From NCBI GenBank assembly GCA_046484865.1, contig JAWOID010000046.1:1-55905 (forward strand): a stretch of 55,905 nt of DNA. The letters are read 5' to 3'. The notes below the pieces were generated by a model. The model did not search any database and was not told where the DNA came from. It saw nothing but the letters and a program-made list of their open reading frames with translations. The position numbers and the translations under genes are program-made. The DNA is from Candidatus Krumholzibacteriia bacterium (GTDB lineage Bacteria > Krumholzibacteriota > Krumholzibacteriia > LZORAL124-64-63). Each line of letters starts with the position of its first letter. Within the stretch, counting starts at the first letter, position 1. Below are positions 9,329 to 19,751 of the stretch, piece after piece.

Positions 9329-10984
9329 TCAGCTCCGCTTCAGGTGTTCTCCCACCAGGACCATGTCGGTCCACAGTCCCGCACGCAGACCGGCGGGAAC
9401 CCGGTCGCGGATACGAGCGGCCAGCACATCCGCTTCGTGCTCGGCGGCGTCGTCGCCCGGTTCGGCGAAACCCATCCGGCAGAGACGGGCGTCCTCCTGC
9501 ACCGCCGCCAGCGCCTGCCGCGAGAACACACGGCTCATGGCGGCCGCGATCGCCGCCTCCGGCGCACCGTCGCCGAGCCGCGCGTGCGCATGACGTGCGA
9601 AGGCCGCGGCCACCTCGGCGCGGGTGGCCATGTCGGCGAAGGCGAACTGCACGCGCTGGTGCCGGCTATGCCCCACCTCGTGCGCGCTCCAGATGGCGTC
9701 GCCCACCCCCCGCAGGACCGCCGCGGCCAGCGCGGCGCCGCTCTCGGGCCGTTCCGCGCCCATCGTGTCGAGGGCTGCCGCCTCCGGCTCGTAATACGCT
9801 CCCCGGGCGCGCACCTGCGCCTTCCAGCGGTACATGCCGATGATCGACTGCTGGATCTCGCTCGTACCCTCGTAGATGCTGGTGATGCGGACATCGCGGC
9901 GGAACTTCTCCACCATGTACTCGCGGGCGTAGCCGTAGCCGCCCAGAGCCTGCAGGGCCAGATCGGCGGCGCGATTGCCGGCCTCGGTGCACCAGAGCTT
10001 GGCGATGGAACCCTCGACCGACCGGTCGTGCTCGCCCTCGTCCAGGCGCAGCGCGACCTCGTCCACGTAGGCGCGCCCCGCGGCCAGATCGATCCACGGT
10101 GGCACGATCAGCTTGAGCAGGAAGCCCTCCTTGTCCACCAGCGGGCTGCCGAACTGGCGCCGCGTGCGCGCGTAGCTCAGCGCGCGGTCGAGTGCCGCCT
10201 GGCCGCTGCCGAGCCCGAACGACCCCACCATCAGGCGCGTGTAGCCGAAGACCGCGTTCGCCTGCTTCAACCCCTCGCCCTCGACGCCGCCCACCAGGTG
10301 GGAAGCCGGCACCTCCGCGTCCTCCAGCAGGACGCCGGTGGTGTTGGAGGCGCGAATCCCGTGCTTGTCCTCCTTCTTGCCGACCAGCAGACCCGGCGTG
10401 CCGCGCTCGACGATGAAGAAGCTCGGCCCGTTCGGCGTCTTCGCGAGGATGGTGTACACGTGCGCGACGCCGCCGTTGGTGATGAACTGCTTGGAGCCGT
10501 TCAGCCGGTAGCCGGTCACCTGACCGGCGCCGTCGAGGATGGGCTCGGCCGTGGTCTGCAGCGCCGCCACGTTGCTGCCGGCCTCCGGCTCGGTGACGCC
10601 GTACGCGACGATGAGGCCGTCCGATGCGATCCGACCCAGCCAGTACGCCTTCTGCTCGTCGGTGCCTCCCACCACGATGGGATCGGTGCCCAGGCAGATC
10701 GCCAGGAACGCCGTGGCGACGCCCAGGTCGGCGGCGGCCATCTCCTCGGAGACGCGGCAGATGTCCCGCGCGCCGCCGCCCAGCCCGCCCGCCGACTCGG
10801 GCAGGAAGATCAGGTGCAGGCCCACGTCGGCCGAGAGCAGCTTCTCGATGAGGTCGGTGGGGAACAGGTCCTGCTCGTCCAGCTCCCGGCGACGCTGGTC
10901 GGGCAGCTCGCGGTCGAGGACCTGGCGCAGGGTGGCGATCACCATCTCCAGCAATTCGGGCGACAGACCCGCCGGTCGCGTCAT
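9329..10984 (-). CDS. Acyl-CoA dehydrogenase with C-terminal extension
   Basis: AYGVTEPEAGSN, LNGSKQFITNG, GGYGYAREY, IYEGTSEIQ. Confidence 0.93.
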   Translation of the reverse strand: MTRPAGLSPELLEMVIATLRQVLDRELPDQRRRELDEQDLFPTDLIEKLLSADVGLHLIFLPESAGGLGGGARDICRVSEEMAAADLGVATAFLAICLGTDPIVVGGTDEQKAYWLGRIASDGLIVAYGVTEPEAGSNVAALQTTAEPILDGAGQVTGYRLNGSKQFITNGGVAHVYTILAKTPNGPSFFIVERGTPGLLVGKKEDKHGIRASNTTGVLLEDAEVPASHLVGGVEGEGLKQANAVFGYTRLMVGSFGLGSGQAALDRALSYARTRRQFGSPLVDKEGFLLKLIVPPWIDLAAGRAYVDEVALRLDEGEHDRSVEGSIAKLWCTEAGNRAADLALQALGGYGYAREYMVEKFRRDVRITSIYEGTSEIQQSIIGMYRWKAQVRARGAYYEPEAAALDTMGAERPESGAALAAAVLRGVGDAIWSAHEVGHSRHQRVQFAFADMATRAEVAAAFARHAHARLGDGAPEAAIAAAMSRVFSRQALAAVQEDARLCRMGFAEPGDDAAEHEADVLAARIRDRVPAGLRAGLWTDMVLVGEHLKRS

Positions 10985-10999
10985 CGGATGTCCTCCGGT

Positions 11000-11917
11000 T
11001 CAGGGCAGATGAATGGTTCCCCGGCCCACGAGCACGCAGTGGCCGCCCACGCGCACCCGCACCGCGACGCCGGCCTCCACGTCGGCATCCACGAGCAGGC
11101 GGCTGGGCCGTCCGATCTCCAGGCCCTGCTCGCTGACGAAGCGCACGCTGTCCCGGAACTTCAGCAGTCGATGCTTGACGATGTATGCTGCCAGGGCGCC
11201 GGTCGCCGCCCCGCTCGCCGGATCCTCGGGGATGCCGAAGTAAGGCGCAAACATGCGGCAGTGCACCGCCGCCTCGGGATCACGCGTCTCGGTGGTGAAG
11301 ACGAAGAGGTCGCCGAATCCGAGTTCGCGGGCGATGGCGTCCGCCTCGCCCCGGCGCAGCTTGGCCGCCTCGACGGCCTCGAGCGAGGCCAGCGGCACCA
11401 CGTGGGTGGGCAGCCCGGTCGAGATGACCTCGCAGGGAAGCCCGGTGATGGCGATCTCGCTCTCCGGGAGATCGAGAGCACGCGCGACGCGTGCCCGGTT
11501 GTAGTACTGCCCCAGGAAGACCGGGCGCTCGAGCACCAGGTTGTAGAGCCGGCCCGTCACGGCGGCCAGCGTCTCGACGCAGCTGGCACCTCCCTCGAGC
11601 TCCCAGACGAATCTCTCCTGCGCCTCGCCGCGCCGCTCCGCGGCGCCGGCATCGTCGAGATGGTGGCAGGCGAATGTGGCCCCGAGGACGGCGTGGCCTG
11701 CGGCCGGGATCTCGACCGACGGCGTGAAGACGCGCAGGCGGCCGCGATCGCTGCCGTCGCGGGAAACCACGAACGACGTCTCGCCGCAGCCCATCTCCTG
11801 AGCCAGATCCTGCATCAGGCGGGCGGGCAGGTCCACCGGACCCGGGAAGTGGGTCAGGCGACTGCCTCCGAAGGGGCGGTCGGTAAAGACGTCGATGAGG
11901 AGGTAGTCCAGTTCCAT
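11000..11917 (-). CDS. PhzF-family isomerase/epimerase
   Basis: DVFT, ETSFV, RVFTPSVEIPAAGH, EDPASGAA, EQGLEIGRPS. Confidence 0.9.
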   Translation of the reverse strand: MELDYLLIDVFTDRPFGGSRLTHFPGPVDLPARLMQDLAQEMGCGETSFVVSRDGSDRGRLRVFTPSVEIPAAGHAVLGATFACHHLDDAGAAERRGEAQERFVWELEGGASCVETLAAVTGRLYNLVLERPVFLGQYYNRARVARALDLPESEIAITGLPCEVISTGLPTHVVPLASLEAVEAAKLRRGEADAIARELGFGDLFVFTTETRDPEAAVHCRMFAPYFGIPEDPASGAATGALAAYIVKHRLLKFRDSVRFVSEQGLEIGRPSRLLVDADVEAGVAVRVRVGGHCVLVGRGTIHLP

Positions 11918-12034
11918 GGCGCCGCGTCCGCATCCTTGCCGCGGGTGGGGAGTGCCGCCGAGAGGCGGCGGCCCCCGGGAGATCGGCCATCGAGCGGCGG
12001 TGCCGCAACGCACGGCCGCGTCCGGGCTTGCGGG

Positions 12035-12063
12035 AACATAGCACAGGACGCCGCGGCCACCAA
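12035..12063 (-). promoter_or_regulatory. Sigma70-type promoter of the PhzF-like gene
   Basis: TTGGTG-N17-TATGTT with extended TG. Confidence 0.4.
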
Positions 12064-12100
12064 GACTCCGGACGCGGAAAAATCCGGGTCGCGGCGCTTC

Positions 12101-12472
12101 TCACTCCACCAGCACCACCGCCACCGCGTGGGTCCGTTCGTGACTGAGCGACACGTGGGCACGCGTCCCGCCGGCGGCAGCCAGCGCGGCGGCCGCGGTG
12201 GCGTGCAGGCGCAGCGACGGACGGCCGGCCTCGTCACGCACCACCTCGATGTCCCGGGGATGCACTCCGGCGGTCGGCCGGCCGAGAGCCTTGAGGAATG
12301 CCTCCTTCGCGGCCCAGCGCGCCGCGAGCGCCGCCGCGCGGCCGGTCGGCCGCCCGCGCGCCAGCGTGCACTCGGCCGGGCGGAAGCAGCGCTGCTCGAA
12401 GCGGTCGCCATGGCGCGCCAGCAGCGCCGCCACGCGTTCCACCGCCACGATGTCCACGCCGATGCCGACCAC
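12101..12472 (-). CDS. acpS: Holo-[acyl-carrier-protein] synthase
   Basis: GIGVDIV, ARWAAKEAFLKALG, VSLSHE. Confidence 0.95.
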   Translation of the reverse strand: MVGIGVDIVAVERVAALLARHGDRFEQRCFRPAECTLARGRPTGRAAALAARWAAKEAFLKALGRPTAGVHPRDIEVVRDEAGRPSLRLHATAAAALAAAGGTRAHVSLSHERTHAVAVVLVE

Positions 12473-12488
12473 GGCGGGTGCTCCCGCG

Positions 12489-13178
12489 TCAGTACGCGCC
12501 CTTGCGCTCGATGACCGCTCCCGGCGTCCGCGCCAGCACGAGGACGTCGAAGCCCAGGCTCCGCCGCCGCACGTACTCGCGGTCGAGCGCCATCCACTCC
12601 TCGAAATCCAGCTGGCTGCGGCCGGAGACCTGCCAGAGGCAGGTCAGGCCGGGCTTGACCAGCAGCCGCAGCGCTTGTTCCGGAGTGTACTGCAGCACCT
12701 CCTCCGGCACCTGCGGCCGCGGACCCACGATCGACATGTCGCCCGCGAGCACGTTGAACAGCTGGGGGAATTCGTCCAGGCTGCTGCGCCGCAGGAAGCT
12801 CCCTACCCCCGTGATGCGCGGGTCGGCCTTGATCTTGAAGGCCGCGCCGTCGAACTCGTTCAGGTGCTGGAGCCCGCCCTTCATCGACTCCGCTTCCACC
12901 ACCATGGACCGGAACTTGTAGCAGCGGAAGAGGCGGCCGCGGTGCCCCACCCGGAGCTGCCGGAAGAACACCGGGCCGCGGGTCTCCAGGCGGATCAGGA
13001 GCACGATGAACGGGAACAGCGGCAGCAGCAGCAGCAGGCCGCACGAGGCGGCGGTCACGTCCAGCATGCGCTTGATCAGCCGGTAGGACCACGGATCGGC
13101 GGCCCGATAGCCGGCGGCCGCCGGCGCCACGAACGCCTCGAAGCCGCCCCGGTCCGCGAAGACGTCGCCTGCCTTCAT
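12489..13178 (-). CDS. Bacterial sugar transferase (monotopic phosphoglycosyl transferase)
   Basis: KRMLD, YKFRSM, DPRIT, SLDEFPQLFNVLAGDMSIVGPRP, KPGLTCLWQV. Confidence 0.93.
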   Translation of the reverse strand: MKAGDVFADRGGFEAFVAPAAAGYRAADPWSYRLIKRMLDVTAASCGLLLLLPLFPFIVLLIRLETRGPVFFRQLRVGHRGRLFRCYKFRSMVVEAESMKGGLQHLNEFDGAAFKIKADPRITGVGSFLRRSSLDEFPQLFNVLAGDMSIVGPRPQVPEEVLQYTPEQALRLLVKPGLTCLWQVSGRSQLDFEEWMALDREYVRRRSLGFDVLVLARTPGAVIERKGAY

Positions 13179-14782
13179 CGCCTGGCTCCGCCGGCAGCCG
13201 CGTCCGCCGCGTCCGCCGCGTCCGCCGCGTAGCGTTCCCAGCGCAATACCCGCACACCGGGATAGCGCCCCGCCAGGCGCACCCGGCCCTCGGCGGCCAG
13301 CGCCCACGGCAACCGGTCGTCGGGATCGTGGTACCAGGTGCGCGCCAGCAGCACCCAGGCGCTGTCGTACCCCGCCAGCTTGTCGCGCACCAGCGCGCGG
13401 GCTGTTTCGTCCGAACCGAGCTGCGGCGTCTCGAAGGTGCCGATCACCTCGCCGGCACCCTCGTGGTAGTAGCGCACCACGCCGGTCACGACCGGAGCCA
13501 GTACGGGATCGTCCGGCGCCGATGACGACGCCACGTGATCGAGCGCGGCGCGGACGTCCTCCTTCGCGTACCGATCGGCGAACTGATACTGCGCCAGCGA
13601 GACCGTCACCAGGACCACCAGAGCGGCCGTCCAGACCAGCGCCATCCGTCGCGGCAGGCTGCGCAGGCCGTGCCCCACCAGCAGCAGCACGAACGGCAGC
13701 ACCACCGCCACGTAGCGCGGATTGAAGGGCTTGACGTTGCGCATGGCCAGCAGCACGGCCGCGACCAGCGGCACGAGGATCCACAGGAGAACGTACCAGC
13801 TTCGCCGCGGCCATCGCCACAGACCTGCCGCCAGCGGCACCGCCGCCGCCAGGGCGGCCACGGCCAGCAGCGGAGCATGGGCCCGGACGGCGGCGAGGGG
13901 TTCGACGTGCAGTTCACGCAGCCCCGGTCCCAGGCTGAAACCGAAGAGGAACGTGTACCCCGTGAACGGCAGGGCCAGCGGCGTGAAGGTCGTGGCGCCC
14001 CGCAGGGCGTCTCCCACGTCCGCGCCGGGCACCACCCGATGCACGGCCCAGATGCCCAGGGCGCCGGCCAGCCAGGGCGCGGCCAGCAGCACACCGCCCG
14101 CGAACACCGCCGCCCATCCGGCCAGTTGCCGCCGATCGCGATGGTGACCGGCCACGAGCACCGTCAACGCGAGGGCGGCCCAGACGAAGAGCACCGACAT
14201 GTGGCTACCGATCCCGAGCGCCGCCACGACGGCCAGCGCCACGCCTCGACCGGACGTCAGGCCTCGGCGCAGCGGGCCGACCACGAGGGCCGCGAGCGCG
14301 ACCACGGCCAGCATCGCGAAGGCATAACCGCGCGCTTCCTGGCTGTACCACACGTGGAAGGGGTTCAGGGCGAACAGGAGCGCCGCGAGCCGGGCCGATT
14401 CGCGGGGCAGCAGCCGCGCCGCCGCCACCGCGAGGATCGGTACCGCCGCGATACCCGCCAGCGCCGCCGGCAATCGCAGGGCGAATTCCGTGTCCGCCAG
14501 CCGCAGCAGCGGCCAGACCGCCGCCACGTAGACGGGTCCGTGAATGGCGTCCGCCACCTGGCGCCAGAACACCAGGTCGCCGCCCGGCGCCGCCTGACGC
14601 CAGGTCATGATCTCGTCCACCCACAGGGACGCGGCATCGAGGCGCCACAGGCGGAGCACCGCCGCCAGCAACGTCACCAGCAAGAGGAAGCGCACCCCCG
14701 GAGAACCTGGCCCTGCCGGGGAACGGCCATCCATCCAGTCCGCAGGCGGCAGCCAGGGCGAACGTGCGTCAACGGTTTTCAT
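13175..14782 (-). CDS. GT39/ArnT-like membrane glycosyltransferase
   Basis: SLWVDE, HGPVY, LRLPAALAG, YSQEARGYA; many TM helices; ATGA overlap. Confidence 0.85.
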   Translation of the reverse strand: MKTVDARSPWLPPADWMDGRSPAGPGSPGVRFLLLVTLLAAVLRLWRLDAASLWVDEIMTWRQAAPGGDLVFWRQVADAIHGPVYVAAVWPLLRLADTEFALRLPAALAGIAAVPILAVAAARLLPRESARLAALLFALNPFHVWYSQEARGYAFAMLAVVALAALVVGPLRRGLTSGRGVALAVVAALGIGSHMSVLFVWAALALTVLVAGHHRDRRQLAGWAAVFAGGVLLAAPWLAGALGIWAVHRVVPGADVGDALRGATTFTPLALPFTGYTFLFGFSLGPGLRELHVEPLAAVRAHAPLLAVAALAAAVPLAAGLWRWPRRSWYVLLWILVPLVAAVLLAMRNVKPFNPRYVAVVLPFVLLLVGHGLRSLPRRMALVWTAALVVLVTVSLAQYQFADRYAKEDVRAALDHVASSSAPDDPVLAPVVTGVVRYYHEGAGEVIGTFETPQLGSDETARALVRDKLAGYDSAWVLLARTWYHDPDDRLPWALAAEGRVRLAGRYPGVRVLRWERYAADAADAADAAAGGARR

Positions 14783-15645
14783 TGCGCGGAGGCTTCCTCC
14801 CGGGAAACCGCCGTCGGTGCGGCGGCGGGCTGTGGCGGCTGGCCGAGCCGGTACTCCTTCAGCGAGGCGTCGATGGAGCCCACCGGCACCTTCGTTTTCA
14901 TCAGCACGGGAATCTTGTGGCGATCCGCCGTCAAGTACAAGGTCATCTTGCCTTCGGCCTTGAACAGACCATCGCCCTCGAGCATCGGCTCGACCACGAA
15001 GCAATCGAACCGCCCCGCCGGCACCTCGACGGTCTCGCGGCCGACGACGCGCACCGTGAGAGGGTACGTCTTGCGCGAACTGTGGGCGGGGAACTCGTAG
15101 ACGGCGCCCACCTCCAGATCCAGGGTGCGCACGTAGTAGAAGGCCGACAGCACGTCGTGCACCCCGCACACCGTCTCGACCTCGCGGCCGTCGGCGTAAT
15201 GCGCGACGCCCGCCTCCTGGTCGAAGGTGATCTCCTCGTCCTTGCGGTAGTCGCCCTCGCGGAGACGCTTGTGGAAGTAGCGGCTGAACAGCTCGGTGGC
15301 GTCGATGTAGCTCACCACGCGGTCGCGCACGCGGTAGAAGGCGGAGAAGAAGCGATTGCTGGTGGCCTTGCTCTGGATGAAGTAGCAGACCTCGCCTTCG
15401 AAGTCCACCAGCCCCAGCACTTCCAGCGTGCCCTCGCCGGCATTGATCAGCCCGTAATCGATGGAGAAGACCAGCTGCTCGCCGACACCATACGACACCG
15501 GCGCGGCTCCGGCCGGCAGTTCCGCGGCGTCGGCGGGCGAGATGACCGGCTCGGCGCAGGCGCCGAGCGCAAGCACGAGCACGCCCAGGGCCGCGGCGGT
15601 CCGGACGAGGATCGGCGGCCGGCGGAGGTCGAAAGCGATCGTCAC
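14779..15645 (-). CDS. DUF3108-like exported beta-rich protein, possible lipoprotein
   Basis: Signal with LGAC; GEQLVFSIDYGLINAG, VHDVLSAFYYVR, ETVEVPAGRFDC, IPVLMKTK. Confidence 0.75.
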   Translation of the reverse strand: MTIAFDLRRPPILVRTAAALGVLVLALGACAEPVISPADAAELPAGAAPVSYGVGEQLVFSIDYGLINAGEGTLEVLGLVDFEGEVCYFIQSKATSNRFFSAFYRVRDRVVSYIDATELFSRYFHKRLREGDYRKDEEITFDQEAGVAHYADGREVETVCGVHDVLSAFYYVRTLDLEVGAVYEFPAHSSRKTYPLTVRVVGRETVEVPAGRFDCFVVEPMLEGDGLFKAEGKMTLYLTADRHKIPVLMKTKVPVGSIDASLKEYRLGQPPQPAAAPTAVSREEASAQ

Positions 15646-16787
15646 GATGAGAGTTCCTCCCGCGGCCGCTCGGGACCGCTCGCGTCCGGAGCCGGTCCCT
15701 GCGGTGCCAGGACCCGGCGGATGCCGGCGAGCACACGGTCCGGCCCCAGGCTCGCCAGACAGGGATGGCCCGGCACCGGACAGATGGTCAGGTCGCACGG
15801 AGAGCACGGCTCGCCCGTTCTCACGGAAACGTGACGCGGGTCGGCCGGGTTCCACCCGAGCGGATCCGTCGGTCCGAACAGCGTGACCGTCGGCAGCCCC
15901 AGCAGGACCGCCAGGTGGCGCACGCCGTTGTCCGTGCCCACGAAGAGCTGGCAGCGACGCAGCAGATCCGCCAGCTCCGGCAGCGTCGTCGGCGGTGCTG
16001 TCTCCAGCAACGGATCCGCGGCCCGCACGGCGCCGGCGAACGGCTCGTCGCCGGGGCCCGGCACCAGCAGCGGCGCGGCGCCCTCGCCCCGCAGGCGAGC
16101 GGTGAGCGCCCCGGCGTGCTCCGCCGGCCACTCCTTGGCGGGCCACGATGCGCTCAGGACGAGGGCGATGCGGGGTGCGGAGCGCCGCTCCCACTCCCGC
16201 GCCCAGGCCAGGTACGCCGCGCCCAGGGGCCGGGGCGAACCTGCCGCCGGGCTCGCCCCCGGTCCTGCCGGCGACCAGGGCGCCGGATCGAGGCCCAGCG
16301 CCCGCAACGGGTCGAGAAATGCCTCGCCGGCATACTGGCGCAGAGGGGTGCCGCCGGCCCGGTTGCGCGGCACCCGCACGTTGTACGCATGCCGCCGGCC
16401 CGGCAGATCGTATCCCACCCGCAGGGGGGCGCCGGTGACCGCCGTCCAGAACGCGGTACGCGGGCTGCCGAGGTAATCGATCACCAGATCGTAAGCGCCC
16501 GCCCGGAGCGAGCGCAGCCACCCGACGGCGCCACCGCGTTCGGGTGGCCAGACCAGCACGCGCACGCGCTCGCTCAGCTCGGCCAGCAGCCCCGCGAACG
16601 GCCGGTCCACCACCAGATCGACGCGCGCCGCCGGAAACGCCTCCGCCAGCCGCAGGACGGCCGGCAGGGTCACCAGCGCATCGCCCAGCGCCTTGCGACG
16701 GATCACCAGGATGCGGCGCACCGGGCGCTGCAGGCGCCATGGCCGCCAGGAGCGTCCCGCGACGCCGGTTCCAGGTCCGCGGCTCAT
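15642..16787 (-). CDS. GT9 LPS heptosyltransferase-like
   Basis: ILVIRRKALGDALV, AKEWP, GTDNGVRHLA, LFGPTDP, CSPC...C...C. Confidence 0.9.
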   Translation of the reverse strand: MSRGPGTGVAGRSWRPWRLQRPVRRILVIRRKALGDALVTLPAVLRLAEAFPAARVDLVVDRPFAGLLAELSERVRVLVWPPERGGAVGWLRSLRAGAYDLVIDYLGSPRTAFWTAVTGAPLRVGYDLPGRRHAYNVRVPRNRAGGTPLRQYAGEAFLDPLRALGLDPAPWSPAGPGASPAAGSPRPLGAAYLAWAREWERRSAPRIALVLSASWPAKEWPAEHAGALTARLRGEGAAPLLVPGPGDEPFAGAVRAADPLLETAPPTTLPELADLLRRCQLFVGTDNGVRHLAVLLGLPTVTLFGPTDPLGWNPADPRHVSVRTGEPCSPCDLTICPVPGHPCLASLGPDRVLAGIRRVLAPQGPAPDASGPERPREELSS

Positions 16788-17977
16788 GGTCGCGACCGCC
16801 CGGCAGCGTCCGCCAGCAGTCCGGTCACCGCCCGTGCCACGCGTTCGGCGGTGAGGTCGGGCAGGCAGACGAACGCATCGCAGGCGTGCCGATCGCATGG
16901 ATGGCACTCCGGACGCGTGGCCACCACGCGATACGGCCCCCGGTCCTCGTACGGGAACCAGATCTCCGGAGCCGTCGGCCCGAACAGCGCCACCGTGGGA
17001 CGGTTCATCGCCACCGCCGCGTGCATGATGCCTCCGTCCACGCTCACCACCAGATGCGAGGCCCCCACCACCTGCAGCGCGTGCGCGAGCGGCAGCGGCG
17101 GAAGCACGCCGCCTCGTCCCGCCAGGTCCCGCGCCAGCGCGCCGTAAGGGCCCGCTCCGCCGGGGGGCGACAGCACGACCAGCGGGAGCGTGATGCCGCT
17201 GAGGGAGGACACCAGCTCGCGCCAGCGCTGCACGGGCCATTCCTTGCTGGCCCAGGTGGCCCCGGGCGCCAGAACGACGTAGCCCCCCGCCGGGTCGGCT
17301 CCACACGCGCTCAGATGCCCGGCCAGTTCCCCCGCGGGCCGCGGCGGGAGGGCGACCAGGGTCGCCGGTCCGATTCCGGGCCACGTCTGCTCGCACCAGT
17401 CGAGGAACGACAGGCCGGACGGCTGATGCATCAGGGGCGCGAGCCGCGCCAGATGGTCGCCGAGGCCGCCGGGGGCCAGGGTCCGGAAGCGCGGCCGCTC
17501 GGCCGGCGTCGGCGCCGCGGTGGTGTGGGTGTACAGACGTGCCCGCCACCGGCCCGCCGCCCCGCCAAGCCGCCGCGGGATGCCCGCCAGCCGCAGCAGC
17601 CAGGCGCTGCGCGGATTGAAGAACAGGTCGCAGGCTGCATCGTAATGGCGGCGACGCAGGTCCCGCACGATCGCCGCGCTGCCGCGGTGAACAGCGTCCG
17701 GCGCTCCCGGGTCCCGGCTGCCCGCCCGATCGCGGCCCACGCGCGCGCGGGCATCGGCGCCGCGGCGACGCGTCGCCAGCGAGTGCACGCCCGCGAGGTG
17801 CGGATGACCCGCGAGCAGGACGGCATGGTTCGCCTCGCAGAGGTAGTCCAGTTCCAGGTCGGGATCGCCCCGACGCAGGGCCGACAGCACCACCGTGCTC
17901 ATGGCGATGTCGCCCAGGTAGCGCAGCCTGGTCACCAGCACCCGGCGCAACGGCCTTCCGTCCAGCGTCCAGCTCAC
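16784..17977 (-). CDS. GT9 LPS heptosyltransferase-like
   Basis: RLRYLGDI, PGATWASKEWP, VDGGIMHAA, LFGPT, CHPC. Confidence 0.9.
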   Translation of the reverse strand: MSWTLDGRPLRRVLVTRLRYLGDIAMSTVVLSALRRGDPDLELDYLCEANHAVLLAGHPHLAGVHSLATRRRGADARARVGRDRAGSRDPGAPDAVHRGSAAIVRDLRRRHYDAACDLFFNPRSAWLLRLAGIPRRLGGAAGRWRARLYTHTTAAPTPAERPRFRTLAPGGLGDHLARLAPLMHQPSGLSFLDWCEQTWPGIGPATLVALPPRPAGELAGHLSACGADPAGGYVVLAPGATWASKEWPVQRWRELVSSLSGITLPLVVLSPPGGAGPYGALARDLAGRGGVLPPLPLAHALQVVGASHLVVSVDGGIMHAAVAMNRPTVALFGPTAPEIWFPYEDRGPYRVVATRPECHPCDRHACDAFVCLPDLTAERVARAVTGLLADAAGRSRP

Positions 17978-18621
17978 GTGGGCTCCCGCTCCAGGATCGC
18001 GGCAACCGCCGCCGGGAAGTCATCCGCCACCAGCAATCGCGGCTGGCCGAGGCGCTCGCCGAGCCCCTGCTCCTGCTCCGCGCCGTGCCCCGTACGCACC
18101 AGGATGGCGCCCATGCCGGCCGACAGCCCCAGATCGACGTCCGACAGCTTGTCGCCCACGACCCACGATCCCGCCGGGTCCCACGAAAGCCGCCGCGACG
18201 CCTCCTCCAGCAGCCCAGGGCCAGGCTTGCGGCAACGGCACCGGTCGGTCGGAGCGTGGGGACAGTAGAGATAGGCGTCCAGGGCGGCGCCCTCCGCCGC
18301 CAGGAGCCGGTGGAAACGCGCCATGACGGCGTCGAGGTCGGCCAGGGTGAAAAAGCCGCGGCCGACCCCCGACTGGTTCGAGAGCCCGACCAGCAGGTAC
18401 CCGGACCGGCGGGCCCGGCGCAACGCCTGCGGCACGCCCGGCAACACCTCCACGCGGTCCGGATCGGCGAGATAGTTCCGGTCGACCATCAGGCAGCCGT
18501 CGCGGTCGAGGAAGAGCGCCGGCGGCCGCGACGCGCCAGGCGTGGCGGCCGCTCGCGCCGGAGCCGAGAGCGGGACGTCGCGTCCGTTCGCGCCGGCGTC
18601 CGGCGGCAGCCACAGGCTCAC
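17974..18621 (-). CDS. gmhB: D,D-heptose 1,7-bisphosphate phosphatase
   Basis: FLDRDG, SNQSGVGRG, CPH..DRCRCRKPGPG, VGDKLSD. Confidence 0.92.
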   Translation of the reverse strand: MSLWLPPDAGANGRDVPLSAPARAAATPGASRPPALFLDRDGCLMVDRNYLADPDRVEVLPGVPQALRRARRSGYLLVGLSNQSGVGRGFFTLADLDAVMARFHRLLAAEGAALDAYLYCPHAPTDRCRCRKPGPGLLEEASRRLSWDPAGSWVVGDKLSDVDLGLSAGMGAILVRTGHGAEQEQGLGERLGQPRLLVADDFPAAVAAILEREPT

Positions 18622-19751
18622 GTCTCCCCCTTGCGCGCCGGAAGGCGCCCGCTGCGGGCGCCCAGCTGCAGAAGCCGCTGCGCCACCGCGGCTCCGGTCA
18701 CGGCGTCCAGGCAGAAACGCTCCTGGGGGCACCGCCGGCGGAAGCAGGGGTGGCACGGGAATCCCTCGGCGACCACGGTGGTCGCCCGCGGTCCCCGCGG
18801 CCCCGTCCAGGCCGGGCTCGTCGAACCGAACACGCCGACCGTGGGCACGCCGAGGGCAGCCGCCACGTGCATGGGCCCGCTGTCGTTGCCGGCGAACCCG
18901 TCCGCGCCGCGCAGCACCTCCACCAGATCGCCGAGGCCGGTGCGTCCGGTGAGGTCCACCACGGCCGCACCGCCGGCCAGACCGCTGCGCCACGGTAGCC
19001 CCGGCGTGAGCGCCCGCAGCACGGCGGCGATCACCCGCGCGTCGGCGGTACCCACGAGCACCGCCCTGACCCGCTCCACGGCCACTGCCTGATCGAGGAA
19101 CTCGGCCACGCGCTGGGCCGGCCATGCCTTGGCCTCTCCGTAGGTGGCTCCCAGCCCGACGGCCCACAGGGGCGGTCCCCCGTCCGGCACCCGCGCCGGC
19201 CGGCGCTCGACCGCCGCCAGCCGCGGCGACAGGTCCTTCAGCGGCCCCTCCGGCGGACGTTCTGCGGCGAGCTCGAGCGCGTCGAGGACATCGTCAGCCA
19301 GCGCGAGCAATTCCTCGCTGTGATGACGCTCGCCACGCGGCGGAACCGGCCGTCCGTGCGTGAGCAACGGTCCGCGGGCGTCGCTCCGGTAGCCCACGCG
19401 CAGCGGGATGCCCGCCAGCCTCGCGGCGAGGGCCACGCGCAGGGACGGCGGTGCGAGCAGCACCGCGTCGAAGCGGCCCGCCCGCCACCGGCGCGCCAGC
19501 CGCAGGAGGCCGGCCACGCCGCCGTGGGCGCCCGACCGCTCCACGGCGAGCAAGGCGTCGACCCGCGGATCCTCGGCCACCAGCGGCAGCCAGCAGCGTC
19601 GCACCGCCAGCGTCACGTGCAGAGGCGCATCGGCGTGGCGCAGGCGCTCGAGTCGCTCCAAAACCGGGGTGAACATCACCAGGTCGCCGAGCCAGTTGGG
19701 GGCGACCAGCAGCAGCCGTCGCGACCTGCGCTCGGGAGTGGAGTCAGTCAT
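18618..19751 (-). CDS. waaF: LPS heptosyltransferase II
   Basis: APNWLGDLVM, GATYGEAKAWP, NDSGPMHVAAA, FGSTSP, CHPCFRRRCP. Confidence 0.85.
   Translation of the reverse strand: MTDSTPERRSRRLLLVAPNWLGDLVMFTPVLERLERLRHADAPLHVTLAVRRCWLPLVAEDPRVDALLAVERSGAHGGVAGLLRLARRWRAGRFDAVLLAPPSLRVALAARLAGIPLRVGYRSDARGPLLTHGRPVPPRGERHHSEELLALADDVLDALELAAERPPEGPLKDLSPRLAAVERRPARVPDGGPPLWAVGLGATYGEAKAWPAQRVAEFLDQAVAVERVRAVLVGTADARVIAAVLRALTPGLPWRSGLAGGAAVVDLTGRTGLGDLVEVLRGADGFAGNDSGPMHVAAALGVPTVGVFGSTSPAWTGPRGPRATTVVAEGFPCHPCFRRRCPQERFCLDAVTGAAVAQRLLQLGARSGRLPARKGET

Noticed and set aside
9302..12514. Long antisense ORFs (1070 aa here; also 7192-9843, 21309-23945, 30618-33380, 45688-47907, 50260-52758)
   Set aside because: Shadow frames of well-supported genes in very GC-rich DNA; no recognisable motifs
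13198..13230. 9-bp tandem repeat GCCGCGTCC encoding ADA units
   Set aside because: In-frame low-complexity C-terminal tail; no frameshifting or regulatory context
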